A stretch of DNA of 64,000 nt from an uncultured Nitrososphaerota archaeon (GTDB taxonomy: Archaea; Thermoproteota; Nitrososphaeria; Nitrososphaerales; Gagatemarchaeaceae). The notes under the pieces were generated by a model. It did not search any database, had not been told where the DNA came from, and worked only from the letters and a program-made list of their open reading frames with translations. The position numbers were made by a program, and so were the translations under genes. How positions within the stretch are numbered: the first letter of the stretch is position 1; each line of letters begins with the position of its first letter. The stretch spans positions 384,001 through 448,000 of the forward strand of contig CAWISW010000003.1 of the NCBI GenBank assembly GCA_963838925.1, written 5' to 3'. Shown piece after piece: positions 16,325-27,519 of this stretch.

Positions 16325-18091
16325 ATGACTAGCGGAGTAGTATACAGGGTCAGCGGTCCAGTCGTCGCGGCGCGCGGCCTGGAAGATGCGAAGATGTTCG
16401 ACGTCGTCCGCGTGGGCGAGCTGGGCCTCGTAGGCGAGGTCATCAGGCTCCAGGGCCCGACGGCGACCCTCCAGATCTACGAGGACACGACCGGCTTGAG
16501 GCCGGGCGACAAGATCATCAACACGGGCCAGGCGCTCTCCGTGGAGCTCGGCCCCGGGCTGCTGAAGTCGATCTACGACGGCATCCAGAGGCCGCTGGAC
16601 GTGCTAAAGGCGCAGAGCGGCGACTTCATCAGCAGAGGACTGGTCATCCCGGCGCTCGACGAGAAGAAGAAGTGGGACTTCAAGCCCGTGAAGAAGAACG
16701 GGGACAAGGTCGTCGAGGGAGAGGTGATCGGAGAGGTTCAGGAGACGCCCCTCGTCTCTCACAAGATCATGGTTCCGCCCGGAGTGAGCGGCGAGCTCAA
16801 GGACATCAAGGCAGGTAGCTACACCATCAGGGAGAAGGTCGGCGCCATCAAGACCCTGGAGGGCGACGTCGACGTCTTCCTCGCCACCAAGTGGAGGGTC
16901 AAGACCCCAAGGCCAATCGCGAAGAAGCTCCCGCCCGACACGCCACTCCTAACCGGGCAGAGGGTCTTCGACACCTTCTTCCCGCTTGCAAAGGGCGGCA
17001 CCGCGGCCATCCCCGGACCCTTCGGCTCAGGGAAGACCGTCTCCCAGCAGCAGCTCGCCAAGTGGAGCGACAGCAGGATCATCGTCTACGTGGGGTGCGG
17101 CGAGAGGGGCAACGAGATGACCGAGGTCCTCGCAACCTTCCCAGAGCTCGAGGACCCGCGCTCGAAGAGGCCTCTCATGGAGAGGACCATCCTAGTCGCG
17201 AACACCTCCAACATGCCCGTCGCCGCGAGGGAAGCGAGCATCTACACAGGCATCACGATAGCAGAGTACTATAGGGACATGGGGTACGACGTCGCGCTCA
17301 TGGCCGACAGCACCTCCAGGTGGGCCGAGGCCCTGAGGGAGATCTCGGGCAGGCTCGAGGAGATGCCCGGCGAAGAGGGCTATCCCGCGTACCTCGGCCG
17401 CAGGCTGGCCGAGTTCTACGAGAGGGCAGGGAAGGCCACGGTGCTGGGCCCGGAGGGGAAGATGGGGTCCGTCACCGTGGTGGGAGCGGTCTCGCCTCCG
17501 GGAGGGGACTTCTCAGAGCCGGTCTCGCAGAACACGCTCCGCGTCACCAGGGTCTTCTGGGCGCTCGACGCGAGCCTCGCGGCGCGAAGGCACTTCCCGT
17601 CCATCAACTGGCTCAACAGCTACTCGCTCTACACCGACGACCTCCGCGCGTGGTACCAGGCCAACGTCGCCAAGGACTGGCCTGACTTCCGCAGCGAGGC
17701 GCTCGAGATACTCCAGAAGGAGGCCGAGCTCCAAGACATCGTCCAGCTCGTGGGCTACGACGCGCTCCCAGAGTCGGAGAAGGGAGTCATGGACGTCGCC
17801 AAGATGATCAGGGAGGACTACCTCCAGCAGAGCGCCTACGACCCGGTGGACACCTACTCCTCGATCAGGAAGCAGTACCTGATGATGAGGACGATTCTCA
17901 CCTTCGGGCACAAGGAGGCGGAGGTCCTGAAGACGGGCGCGCAGGCCGCCCAGGTGGCCGTGATGCCGGTCAAGTCAAAGATATCGAAGATAAAGTGGAC
18001 CCCCGAGGACCAGACGGAGGCCTTCATCAAGGAGATAGAGGGAGACATGGAGATGCAGTTCGGGTCGCTCGCGCAGGAGATCAAGGTGTAA
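16325..18091 (+). CDS. atpA: A/V-type ATP synthase subunit A
   Basis: GPFGSGKT Walker A, GCGERGNEM, PPGGDFSEPV; no intein. Confidence 0.97.
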   Translation: MTSGVVYRVSGPVVAARGLEDAKMFDVVRVGELGLVGEVIRLQGPTATLQIYEDTTGLRPGDKIINTGQALSVELGPGLLKSIYDGIQRPLDVLKAQSGDFISRGLVIPALDEKKKWDFKPVKKNGDKVVEGEVIGEVQETPLVSHKIMVPPGVSGELKDIKAGSYTIREKVGAIKTLEGDVDVFLATKWRVKTPRPIAKKLPPDTPLLTGQRVFDTFFPLAKGGTAAIPGPFGSGKTVSQQQLAKWSDSRIIVYVGCGERGNEMTEVLATFPELEDPRSKRPLMERTILVANTSNMPVAAREASIYTGITIAEYYRDMGYDVALMADSTSRWAEALREISGRLEEMPGEEGYPAYLGRRLAEFYERAGKATVLGPEGKMGSVTVVGAVSPPGGDFSEPVSQNTLRVTRVFWALDASLAARRHFPSINWLNSYSLYTDDLRAWYQANVAKDWPDFRSEALEILQKEAELQDIVQLVGYDALPESEKGVMDVAKMIREDYLQQSAYDPVDTYSSIRKQYLMMRTILTFGHKEAEVLKTGAQAAQVAVMPVKSKISKIKWTPEDQTEAFIKEIEGDMEMQFGSLAQEIKV

Positions 18092-18095
18092 GATC

Positions 18096-19487
<1,392 letters not shown>

Positions 19488-19502
19488 GCGGCGAAAGACA
19501 CC

Positions 19503-20138
19503 TTGCCAGTCGCTAGCAACGTTCGGCCGACGCGGATGGAATACCTCAGGACCATCCGCCGCATAGCGATATCCCGCAAGGGCCTGAAGCTCCTCAAGCT
19601 CAAGAGGTCCGCCCTCATCTTCGAGTTCTTCGCGGTGAGCAAGAAGGTCGCGAGCCTAAGGAGCGGCCTCCAGTCGAAGCTCATCAGCGGCTACGAGGGC
19701 ATCCACAACACGGAGATGTTCGTCGGGACGCTGCGGCTCGAGTACGAGTCGATGCGCATCCCCAAGATGCACGAGCTCACGCTCAAGAGCAAGAACATCA
19801 TGGGCGTGAAGATCCCCGAGCTCAGCTCCCAGAGCCGAGGGAGCGCGGGCCAGGAGTACCTCCTCGAGGTCCCCACGTCCGTCAACCAGGCGATAAAGTC
19901 CTTCGAGGCGGTCCACCAGATGGTGCTGGACGTCGCGGAGAAGGAGACCGCGCTCCGCAAGCTCCTCGTTGAGATAGAGAAGACGAAGAGGAGGTCCAAC
20001 GCGATCGAGAACGTCCTCATCCCCAGGCTGCAGGCGAACGCGCGCTTCATCAAGTTCAGGTTCGACGAGATGGAGAGGGAGAGCTTCACCAAGCTGAAGA
20101 CGGTCAAGAGGAAGATGGCCCAGAGGGAGGCGCCCTAG
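19503..20138 (+). CDS. atpD: A/V-type ATP synthase subunit D
   Basis: RPTRME...LLKLKR...KTKRRSNAIE..IP. Confidence 0.93.
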   Translation: MPVASNVRPTRMEYLRTIRRIAISRKGLKLLKLKRSALIFEFFAVSKKVASLRSGLQSKLISGYEGIHNTEMFVGTLRLEYESMRIPKMHELTLKSKNIMGVKIPELSSQSRGSAGQEYLLEVPTSVNQAIKSFEAVHQMVLDVAEKETALRKLLVEIEKTKRRSNAIENVLIPRLQANARFIKFRFDEMERESFTKLKTVKRKMAQREAP

Positions 20139-20360
20139 ATGTCAGACGGAGAGAAGCAAGAGGAGAAGAAGGAAGAGAAGAGGCGCGCCGGCGTCCCCAA
20201 GTTCTACTACTGGGGCAAGAGCCCTCCCAAGGTCAAGCAGGTCCAGAGGGGCTTCGTGAACGGCTCGCAGAAAAAGTACTACCTCGTCCAGCTCGCGTTC
20301 AGGACCGCCAAGGTCACAGCCATCGTGATGGTCTTCCTACTGTTCTTCGCGAGGATTTGA
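20139..20360 (+). CDS. Small membrane-anchored protein within the ATPase operon
   Basis: Basic N-terminus with C-terminal TM; coupled to atpD. Confidence 0.65.
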   Translation: MSDGEKQEEKKEEKRRAGVPKFYYWGKSPPKVKQVQRGFVNGSQKKYYLVQLAFRTAKVTAIVMVFLLFFARI

Positions 20361-20366
20361 GCTAAA

Positions 20367-20693
20367 ATGTCCACAGACTACACCGAGACGCTGAAGAAGA
20401 TCAAGGAGACCGAGGAGGCCACCAGCAGGGAGATCCTGGAGCGAAGGAAGGCGCTCGAGGAGGAGCTCCGCCGGATGGAGGGAGACTCGGCGAACTCGAT
20501 AGCCCAGGCGAAATCCCAGGCCGAGGCGTACACCGCCGCGGAGGTGGAGAAGGCCCGCAAGTCCTCCCAGGTCAAGGCCGACGCGCTCCTTGCGACGACA
20601 AACAAGGAGGCGAGGGAGGTGGCCTCGAGCAAGCTCGACAAGAAGGACCTGAAGAAGATAATCGACAACACTCTATTCTCGGAGTTCAAGTGA
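20367..20693 (+). CDS. atpH: A/V-type ATP synthase subunit H (G)
   Basis: LKKIKETEE coiled coil upstream of atpI. Confidence 0.8.
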   Translation: MSTDYTETLKKIKETEEATSREILERRKALEEELRRMEGDSANSIAQAKSQAEAYTAAEVEKARKSSQVKADALLATTNKEAREVASSKLDKKDLKKIIDNTLFSEFK

Positions 20694-20702
20694 GACCTGC
20701 GA

Positions 20703-22730
20703 ATGCTGAAGCCTGCCCGCATGCAGAAGGTAGCCGTACTTGGGCTGAAGGATGAGCGGCAGAGGGCCGTCTCGGTCCTCTACGACCTAGGGGCAGTGCA
20801 GGTCGAGCCGCTCTCGAAGGACGCCGTGCCGTATCTGACGGGCGACTCGGACTCCGGCGGGGTCAGGGAGATCTCCGAGGAGCTCCTCAGGATAAGGGCG
20901 CTGAAGGCTGCTCTCCCGGCAGTCCCGGTCAACGAGAAGAGGCGTTTCGGGTCCTTCTCAGAGGCGCTGACCATCTCCAGGTCGATAACCGTCGACCAGG
21001 AGGTCTCCGGCCTGAAGGAGCGGCAGGAGAGGCTGACTTCGCAGCTCGAGGACCTAAAGGGCAGGATAGAGCTCGTCCAGAGCCTGCAGTTCGTCAGGGA
21101 GGACCTGAGCATCTTCGACCTGGAGAGCGCAGTCTCCTTCTTCGGGTCCGTGTCCGCGGCCACGCACGCAGCGCTCCTGCAGAGCCTCGCCTCGACCGAG
21201 GCGGTCGTCTCCTACTCGTCCGGCACAGACCCAGTCAAGATAATCGTGACCGTCCCCAAGGCGGCGCTCGAGAAGTTCGGCTCCATCATCCAGAAGGCCG
21301 ACGTCAGGCTTCAGCGAATCCCCCAGCTCAAGGGCAAGCCCGCGGACGTCCTGGCGAGGCTCCAGGAAGACGACCGCTCCAGGCAGGCCGAGCTCGCGGA
21401 CATCGCGAAGCAGCTGCAGTCGATCTCTGAGAAGAGCTACGGCCTGATATCCCAGGTGGAGGAGCAGCTCTCGATAGAGGCCAGGAAGCAGGAGGTCACC
21501 AACAGCTTCGGGTTCACAGAGAGCGCGTTCGTCCTCGAGGGATGGGTCCCCTCGAAGAGGCTCCAGACGCTCAAGGAGACGCTGACCAGGAGCGTCCCCT
21601 CAACCAAGGTCTTCGAGGTCGAGAGCGAAGAGCACGACCGCCCGACGCTCCTCGAGAACCCTGCCAGGTTCAAGTTCTTCGAGTCCTTCATCAGGTTCTA
21701 CACCATTCCGCTATCAATGGAGTTCGACCCGAGCTTGCTGTTCGCGGTCGCCTTCCCCATCTTCTTCGGGTTCATGCTCGGGGACGTGGGATACGCCGTG
21801 CTCATCCTGCTCATCTCCGTCTGGATAATCCGGAGGGTCAACCACCCAGAAGGGAAGACGCTGATCCCAGGCGCGCTCCGTTCCTTTGCCGCAAGGATCC
21901 TCAAGCCCGCCCAGTTCAAGAAGCTCGCGAAGGCGATGATACTCGGGTCGATCGTGGGCATGGTGATGGGCTTCATCCTGAACGCCTACTTCGGGTTCGG
22001 GGTGAACCAGTACCTCTTCGACTACCTCAACAAGAGCTTCAACGCAGGCCTTCCAGCGGACGGCGTCTTCCTCAACCCGATATCGACCAGGGGGCTCAAG
22101 GAGCTCTTGCTCTACTCTGGGTACATCGGCCTGTTCATGGTCTCATTCGGGCTGGTGCTGGGCATGCTCAACGCGTACTGGATGCACGAGAGGAAGCACA
22201 TCGTCGCCAAGATCGGCTGGCTCTCGGTCGCCTGGGGGCTCTCGCTCTTCGGACTGACGCTCCTGCACCATGGAAACGTGAACCCCGCAGGCAATCCGCT
22301 TGCAGGCGGCTACCTCGGGATGGTGGTGGTCGGCGTCGGGCTCATCATCTTCGGAGAGGGGACGCTGGCGGTCATAGAGCTGCCTTCCATCGTCAGCCAC
22401 ATCATATCCTACACGAGGCTGCTGGGGATACTCCTGGCCTCGTTCGTGCTAGCTTTCGTGATCGACAGCCAAGCGGTGGGCACGTCTGCCGCCCCCGGGC
22501 TGATGTACGGCGGCATCGGGTTCGCCATAGCAGGGATCGCACTGCTGGTCGTGGGGCACGTCTTCAACCTCGTGCTGGGCATGCTCGAGCCAGGCATACA
22601 GGGAGCAAGGCTTCTCTACGTGGAGACCTTCTCAAAGTTCCTCCACGGGGGCGGAAAGCAGTTCTCGCCCTTCAAAGGCCCGAGGACCTACACGGTCAGC
22701 GAGACCGAAGTCGCAGAGCCGAAGGCCTAG
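20703..22730 (+). CDS. atpI: A/V-type ATP synthase subunit I (a)
   Basis: FFGFMLGDVGY, ISYTRL, RLLYVETFSKF. Confidence 0.95.
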   Translation: MLKPARMQKVAVLGLKDERQRAVSVLYDLGAVQVEPLSKDAVPYLTGDSDSGGVREISEELLRIRALKAALPAVPVNEKRRFGSFSEALTISRSITVDQEVSGLKERQERLTSQLEDLKGRIELVQSLQFVREDLSIFDLESAVSFFGSVSAATHAALLQSLASTEAVVSYSSGTDPVKIIVTVPKAALEKFGSIIQKADVRLQRIPQLKGKPADVLARLQEDDRSRQAELADIAKQLQSISEKSYGLISQVEEQLSIEARKQEVTNSFGFTESAFVLEGWVPSKRLQTLKETLTRSVPSTKVFEVESEEHDRPTLLENPARFKFFESFIRFYTIPLSMEFDPSLLFAVAFPIFFGFMLGDVGYAVLILLISVWIIRRVNHPEGKTLIPGALRSFAARILKPAQFKKLAKAMILGSIVGMVMGFILNAYFGFGVNQYLFDYLNKSFNAGLPADGVFLNPISTRGLKELLLYSGYIGLFMVSFGLVLGMLNAYWMHERKHIVAKIGWLSVAWGLSLFGLTLLHHGNVNPAGNPLAGGYLGMVVVGVGLIIFGEGTLAVIELPSIVSHIISYTRLLGILLASFVLAFVIDSQAVGTSAAPGLMYGGIGFAIAGIALLVVGHVFNLVLGMLEPGIQGARLLYVETFSKFLHGGGKQFSPFKGPRTYTVSETEVAEPKA

Positions 22731-22738
22731 CCTCCCCC

Positions 22739-22996
22739 CTACTCCTTCATCGCTTTCTCTTGCAAGAGGTCTATCTGCTTCTGCCTGATCTCTGTGAACA
22801 GGTTGCACCAGTCGCGACCCGAGACTATGAGGTCGAAGGCCTTGAGCTTGGGGTGGATGCACTTTCCCCGCTCCAGGATGTCCGCGTTGAGCGGGTCGTT
22901 TGGAGAGAACCAGACGCACGAGAGGCAGTTCTCGTATTGCCACGTCAGCCTCTTCAGGCTCTTCTGAGGTTCGGGCTCGTCCTTGCCGACGCTCAT
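22739..22996 (-). CDS. Small Cys-rich (metal-binding) protein
   Basis: CLSC...GKC...DWC pattern. Confidence 0.65.
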   Translation of the reverse strand: MSVGKDEPEPQKSLKRLTWQYENCLSCVWFSPNDPLNADILERGKCIHPKLKAFDLIVSGRDWCNLFTEIRQKQIDLLQEKAMKE

Positions 22997-23022
22997 GGAT
23001 AAAGAAGAGAGGGCCCGATTAC

Positions 23023-23463
23023 TTAAGCCTGATTCTGCTGCCCTGGAACCTTCTGCTCGGCGCCCGTGAGCCTCTCGAGCGCGTGCCGCGTCCCGCTCCT
23101 AAAGTGCCCTCCGGTCCAGCTCGAGGTCAGCTTGAAGAGGCCCGTGAAGCTCACGTCCCAGTTGACCTCTATCGCGTTCCCGACGATCTTGACGACCTGG
23201 GCTCCCTTGAACGGGCCTGAGGTGTAGTCGGAGGTGAGCGTCATCGTCGCCTTGTCGGCGGTTATCTCAACGTCCCCCGAGCCGCCGAAGGCGAACTTGG
23301 CCTTCGCCCTTGCCCTTTCCTTCCCCCTTCCCAAGGATTCCCTCTCGATGATCTCTAGAGACCTCGTCCCGTGCCAGAACTCCGGGATCTTCTCGATGTC
23401 CGACAGCCTCGCCCACACGCTCGCCGGGTCTTCCTTGAACTCCAACCTCTCCTGAATGAGCAT
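23023..23463 (-). CDS. SRPBCC/START-like protein
   Basis: VWARLSDIEKIPEFW...GPFKG. Confidence 0.75.
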   Translation of the reverse strand: MLIQERLEFKEDPASVWARLSDIEKIPEFWHGTRSLEIIERESLGRGKERARAKAKFAFGGSGDVEITADKATMTLTSDYTSGPFKGAQVVKIVGNAIEVNWDVSFTGLFKLTSSWTGGHFRSGTRHALERLTGAEQKVPGQQNQA

Positions 23464-23530
23464 CGTGAGGCGTACCAGCGCACGCCCGTATAACAGTTAT
23501 TAGCGCAGACGCGTCTCATGGAGCTCCAGC

Positions 23531-24016
23531 ATGCCGCAGGTCCCTGTTCGGTACTCGTTCAAGCAGAAGTTCTCCGTCCCAGTGGAGGAGGCGTTCAGGT
23601 GGTCCATCGACTACGACCCGAACGACTTCTCTCTGATGGGCCAGGAAGGCACGAGGAAGATCAACAAGCTAACGGAGGACACCGTCATCCTCGAGGACGC
23701 GAGAAAGACCCCGGATGGCACAATCGAGAGGACGCGTCTCATCAGGATCAATCCGGACAAGCACGCGTTCACCAACACGCACATCACAGGCCCGACCCTT
23801 CACTCCCAGTTCTGGTATGAGTTCTTCCCAGAAGGGAAGCGGGCATCGAGGCTCGAGTTCACAGGACTGCTCCTATACCCGAGCGACAGGAAGCTGACCA
23901 AGAAGGAGGTCGCCCAGATCGCGGCCAACGAGCTGAAGGGGGACTCTCTGATCTGGAAGAACCTGGCGAAGGCAATGGAAGCCGACCTGAAGAAGACCCG
24001 CAGGACCAGGCGTTAG
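23531..24016 (+). CDS. SRPBCC-like hypothetical protein (tandem paralog 1)
   Basis: AFRW..DYD..D..LMG; similar to 24020-24487. Confidence 0.7.
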   Translation: MPQVPVRYSFKQKFSVPVEEAFRWSIDYDPNDFSLMGQEGTRKINKLTEDTVILEDARKTPDGTIERTRLIRINPDKHAFTNTHITGPTLHSQFWYEFFPEGKRASRLEFTGLLLYPSDRKLTKKEVAQIAANELKGDSLIWKNLAKAMEADLKKTRRTRR

Positions 24017-24019
24017 CCC

Positions 24020-24487
24020 TTGGTCGTCGTCTCGACAAGGTACGAGTTCTCCCAGCACTTCGACGTCCCAGCGGCCCAGGCATTCCGCTGGTGCACGGAC
24101 TATGACGCCAAGGACCACAATCTCATGGGACTCAAGGGCTTCAGGAAGGTGACTCGAGTGGCGGACGACACGGTAATCCTCGAGGACACGCTGTATCCAG
24201 AGGGCAAGGCCGTGACCAAGAAGAAGCTGATCAAGATCGACAAGGAAAGGATGACCTACTTCAACTTCCACGTCACCGGCGCGAACAAGAATTCGCTGTA
24301 CTTCTACCGGATAATCCCTGAAGGAGACGGCAAGTCCAGGCTCGAATACACCGGCTACGAGCTGACCTACCCAAAGAGGGCCCCGACAAAGAAGCAGCTG
24401 GCGGCCACCGCCGTAGCTGATGCGGCGACGAGGACGAAGGAGTGGGCACGGCTCGCAAAAGCGATGGAGAGGGAGCTGCGCGGTTAG
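24020..24487 (+). CDS. SRPBCC-like hypothetical protein (tandem paralog 2)
   Basis: Shares DTVILED, SRLE.TG, W..LAKAME with the upstream gene. Confidence 0.7.
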   Translation: MVVVSTRYEFSQHFDVPAAQAFRWCTDYDAKDHNLMGLKGFRKVTRVADDTVILEDTLYPEGKAVTKKKLIKIDKERMTYFNFHVTGANKNSLYFYRIIPEGDGKSRLEYTGYELTYPKRAPTKKQLAATAVADAATRTKEWARLAKAMERELRG

Positions 24488-24508
24488 CGCACCTAGCCTC
24501 CTCGTTGC

Positions 24509-25078
24509 GTGGTCGTTAAGTATCCAAAGACCCTGCAATCGTGTTTGGCTTCTCGCAGAGTCTGCAACAGATGTAAGAGGGAACTACCCACTACTGCCTT
24601 CTACACTCAACCGATAGGAATCCGCCGAATTTGCAAGAGGTGTGACAACGAATACTCGAAAAACTATCACAAGTCTCATCTCGAAGGCGCCAGAAGATTA
24701 GATAGGAAACGCGCGCTCAGAAACCCGAAGAGAAGATGGGCGACGGCTTGTTTGTCAGGTCATCGAAGAAGGGGGTATGCTATTGAGATGACCTCTGAAG
24801 AGCTCTATCAAGTGGCGTTGCATACTGAGCTTTGCTTCATCTGCGGTTCTCAGATAGACTGGGAGCTGGGAAACAAGGGTCACATGCATAACAGGAGTCC
24901 AACGCTAGACAGAGTGGACAACGAAGATGTAATCAGGATTGACAACATCCTCATTCTCTGCTACAAATGCAACGCAACCAAGCGCGACCGCACCCTGAAA
25001 GAGTTCCTAGACTATTGCAGGGCCGTCGTCGCTAGGTTCTACTCACACTTCGAGTATCCGCAGCTCGTGCATTTATAA
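24509..25078 (+). CDS. Free-standing HNH-type (Zn-finger) endonuclease
   Basis: CxxC pairs, CFICG...PTLDRVDN...NILILCYKCNATK; lower GC; overlaps the nrdJ 3' end by 40 bp. Confidence 0.8.
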   Translation: MVVKYPKTLQSCLASRRVCNRCKRELPTTAFYTQPIGIRRICKRCDNEYSKNYHKSHLEGARRLDRKRALRNPKRRWATACLSGHRRRGYAIEMTSEELYQVALHTELCFICGSQIDWELGNKGHMHNRSPTLDRVDNEDVIRIDNILILCYKCNATKRDRTLKEFLDYCRAVVARFYSHFEYPQLVHL

Positions 25079-27363
25079 CAACCCGCCTCGAATATTATCG
25101 CGTTCTCGTGACAGTCGGGGCACGTGCCTCCGCGCATCAGCGGGACCGACGACTCCTTGTTCACCTTGCCCGAGGTGAGGACCTCGAGCGCCTTGGCGAC
25201 GGCGTCTGGTATCGAGAGCAGCTGGATTCCCTCCTCCCACGAGACGTACTTGCCGCGGATGCCCTTCAGCATCTTCACGACGCTCTGGATGTCCCCGCCG
25301 TGCTGGAGGTAGAGGCTGATCAGCCTGCCGATCGCCTCGGCGTCGGCCTTCTCGTCCCCGCCCAGCTTGCCCAGAGTCACGAAGACCTCCTTCAGGTCGC
25401 CGGCCTCGTCGGAGTTGGCGGTGACGTACAGCCCTCCCTGGGGCAGCTTGAGCTTCAGAGTCCTCCCGGTGAGCACCTTCGGCCTCTCGAATGTCGTGGG
25501 CGCCTCCTGCTTGGGCTCCGTCCTCACGCCGCCGGCCTCCTTCTTGTCCACGTTCGCCGTCTCGAGGATGCCCTCCCTGCTTCCTTCCCTGTAGACCGTG
25601 ATGCCCTTGCACCCGAGCTTCCACGCGAGGAAGTAGATCTTCTCGACCTCTTCCGTGGAGATGTCCTGGGGTAGGTTGACCGTGCTCGAGATGGCCGTGT
25701 CGATGTGCTTCTGGATGGCGGCCTGCATCCTGACCCTCATCTCGGGCTTGATCTGGTGAGCCGTCACGAAGTACGCGGGCAGGGAGGTCTCGTCGGTGAT
25801 GCGGAAGACCCTCATGTATTCCTTGACGAGCGGGTGCCAGACCTTGAACTCGCCCTCGCTGAGGGACTTGCTCCTCCGGGTGTAGTAGAGGGCGAAGACC
25901 GGCTCGACGCCGCTCGAGGAGCCCACGAATATGGAGCCTGACCCCACCGGCGGGACGGTCGTGAGGGCTGAGTTCCTTATCCCCTGGGTCCTGATCTTCT
26001 CGCGCACGTTCGCGTCCAGCCTCTTGATGAAGGGCTGGGCCAGGTGCTTCTCCGCGTCGAAGGCGGGCGCCGGGCCCTTCTCCTTCGCGAGGTCGGTCGA
26101 GTAGTCGTAGATGACGTTCGTCATCCTCTCGAAGAGCTTGTCGACGAACTCTACGGTGGCCTCGTCGTCATACTTCATGCCGAGCTTGATGAGCATGTCT
26201 CCCAGCCCGGTCGTCCCTACTCCCACTCTCCTCGACCACAGAGAGGCGGTCTTCTGCTGCGGGAGGGGGTGCTTGTCCGCGTTGTAGTCGAGGACGTTGT
26301 CCAGGAACCTAGTGGCGTACTGCGCCGCCTTTGCGAGGCCGGGCCAGTCGATGCTCGCCCGGTCGGTGAAGGCGTCCTTCACGAAGGAGCTCAGGTTGAC
26401 CGAGCCCAGGCAGCAGCAGCCGTAGTTCTCGAGGGTCTGCTCGCTGCACGGGTTGACCCCCTCGACCGCCATGCCGTTGTACTCGGTGGTGGAGTCCCTC
26501 TTGATCGTGTCCCAGAATATGAGGCCCGGCTCGTCGCTCTGCCACGCCGCCTTGACCAGCTGGTTCCAGACCTCCCTCGCGCGGACGCTCCTCTCGAACT
26601 TCACCTTCTCGTTCTGGAACCTGAGAGTGAACTGGGAGTCCTTCTCGACCGCGTTCATGAACTCGTCGGTTATCTTGACCGAGATGTTCGCATAGTTCAC
26701 CTTCTTCAGGTCCTTCTTGACGTTGATGAAGTCGAATATGTCGGGGTGGTCAACGCGTATCGTGATCATCAGGGCCCCCCTTCGCCCGGCCTGCCCGATC
26801 GTCCCCGTGGTCGTCGAGAGGAGCTCCATGAAGGAGACCGAGCCGGAGCTGAAGATGGCCGAGTTGTTCACGGGCGTGCCGCGCGGCCTCAGCAGCGAGA
26901 TGTCGGTGCCCACGCCCCCTCCGAAGCTGTAGGTCCTCGCCGCCTCCTTGCACCAGTCGAAGATGCCCTCGATCGAGTCCTCCCTGATCTTGAAGAAGTA
27001 ACAGTTGAGTAGCGTCGACCTTCTGGACTGACCTGCGCCGAACAATATCCTGCCGCCAGGCACAAACTTGAAGTCGTCTAGGAGCCAGTAGAACTTCTCT
27101 GTCCACTCGGCCCTCTTGACGTCGTTGACCTCCACGGAGGCCAGCTCTCGGGCGACCCTCTCCCAGAGCTGCTTCGGGAGCCTCTCGACCTGCTTCCCGG
27201 TCTCGTCCCTGAGCGCGTACTTCTCGTAGAAGACCCGCGCCCTGAGCTCGTCGCCGCCGAAGGCCTCGAGCGTCTCTTTTGGAAGAATTACCTCCGGCTT
27301 TTGGAGCTGCTGCTCCATCATCTCGCCCTCCTTCTTCGTTGATTCCTCAATCTCAGCTGTCAA
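25039..27363 (-). CDS. nrdJ: Adenosylcobalamin-dependent (class II) ribonucleotide reductase
   Basis: TLLNC, GRRGA, NPCSEQ, SSGVEP, ISSTVN, KGITVYR, C-terminal TSCPD/Zn domain. Confidence 0.95.
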   Translation of the reverse strand: MTAEIEESTKKEGEMMEQQLQKPEVILPKETLEAFGGDELRARVFYEKYALRDETGKQVERLPKQLWERVARELASVEVNDVKRAEWTEKFYWLLDDFKFVPGGRILFGAGQSRRSTLLNCYFFKIREDSIEGIFDWCKEAARTYSFGGGVGTDISLLRPRGTPVNNSAIFSSGSVSFMELLSTTTGTIGQAGRRGALMITIRVDHPDIFDFINVKKDLKKVNYANISVKITDEFMNAVEKDSQFTLRFQNEKVKFERSVRAREVWNQLVKAAWQSDEPGLIFWDTIKRDSTTEYNGMAVEGVNPCSEQTLENYGCCCLGSVNLSSFVKDAFTDRASIDWPGLAKAAQYATRFLDNVLDYNADKHPLPQQKTASLWSRRVGVGTTGLGDMLIKLGMKYDDEATVEFVDKLFERMTNVIYDYSTDLAKEKGPAPAFDAEKHLAQPFIKRLDANVREKIRTQGIRNSALTTVPPVGSGSIFVGSSSGVEPVFALYYTRRSKSLSEGEFKVWHPLVKEYMRVFRITDETSLPAYFVTAHQIKPEMRVRMQAAIQKHIDTAISSTVNLPQDISTEEVEKIYFLAWKLGCKGITVYREGSREGILETANVDKKEAGGVRTEPKQEAPTTFERPKVLTGRTLKLKLPQGGLYVTANSDEAGDLKEVFVTLGKLGGDEKADAEAIGRLISLYLQHGGDIQSVVKMLKGIRGKYVSWEEGIQLLSIPDAVAKALEVLTSGKVNKESSVPLMRGGTCPDCHENAIIFEAGCYKCTSCGYSKCE

Positions 27364-27478
27364 ATATCAAATCGCGCATTCTGACCAACGGACGCCCTTT
27401 ATCTTCCTCTTGGTGGAGTATTTGTTCACCCATCCCCTGCTCTAAAGGGTTCCGAGGGAGTCAATGAGACGCTCCTAG

Positions 27479-27505
27479 GTCAACTAGAGTTGACAGGAAG
27501 TCAAC
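27479..27505. promoter_or_regulatory. Overlapping GTCAAC/GTTGAC palindromes upstream of nrdJ (candidate operator)
   Basis: GTCAACTAGAGTTGACAGGAAGTCAAC; related GCAACTAAGATTGA at 29691-29704. Confidence 0.55.
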
Positions 27506-27519
27506 CGTTTTTGCCTAAA

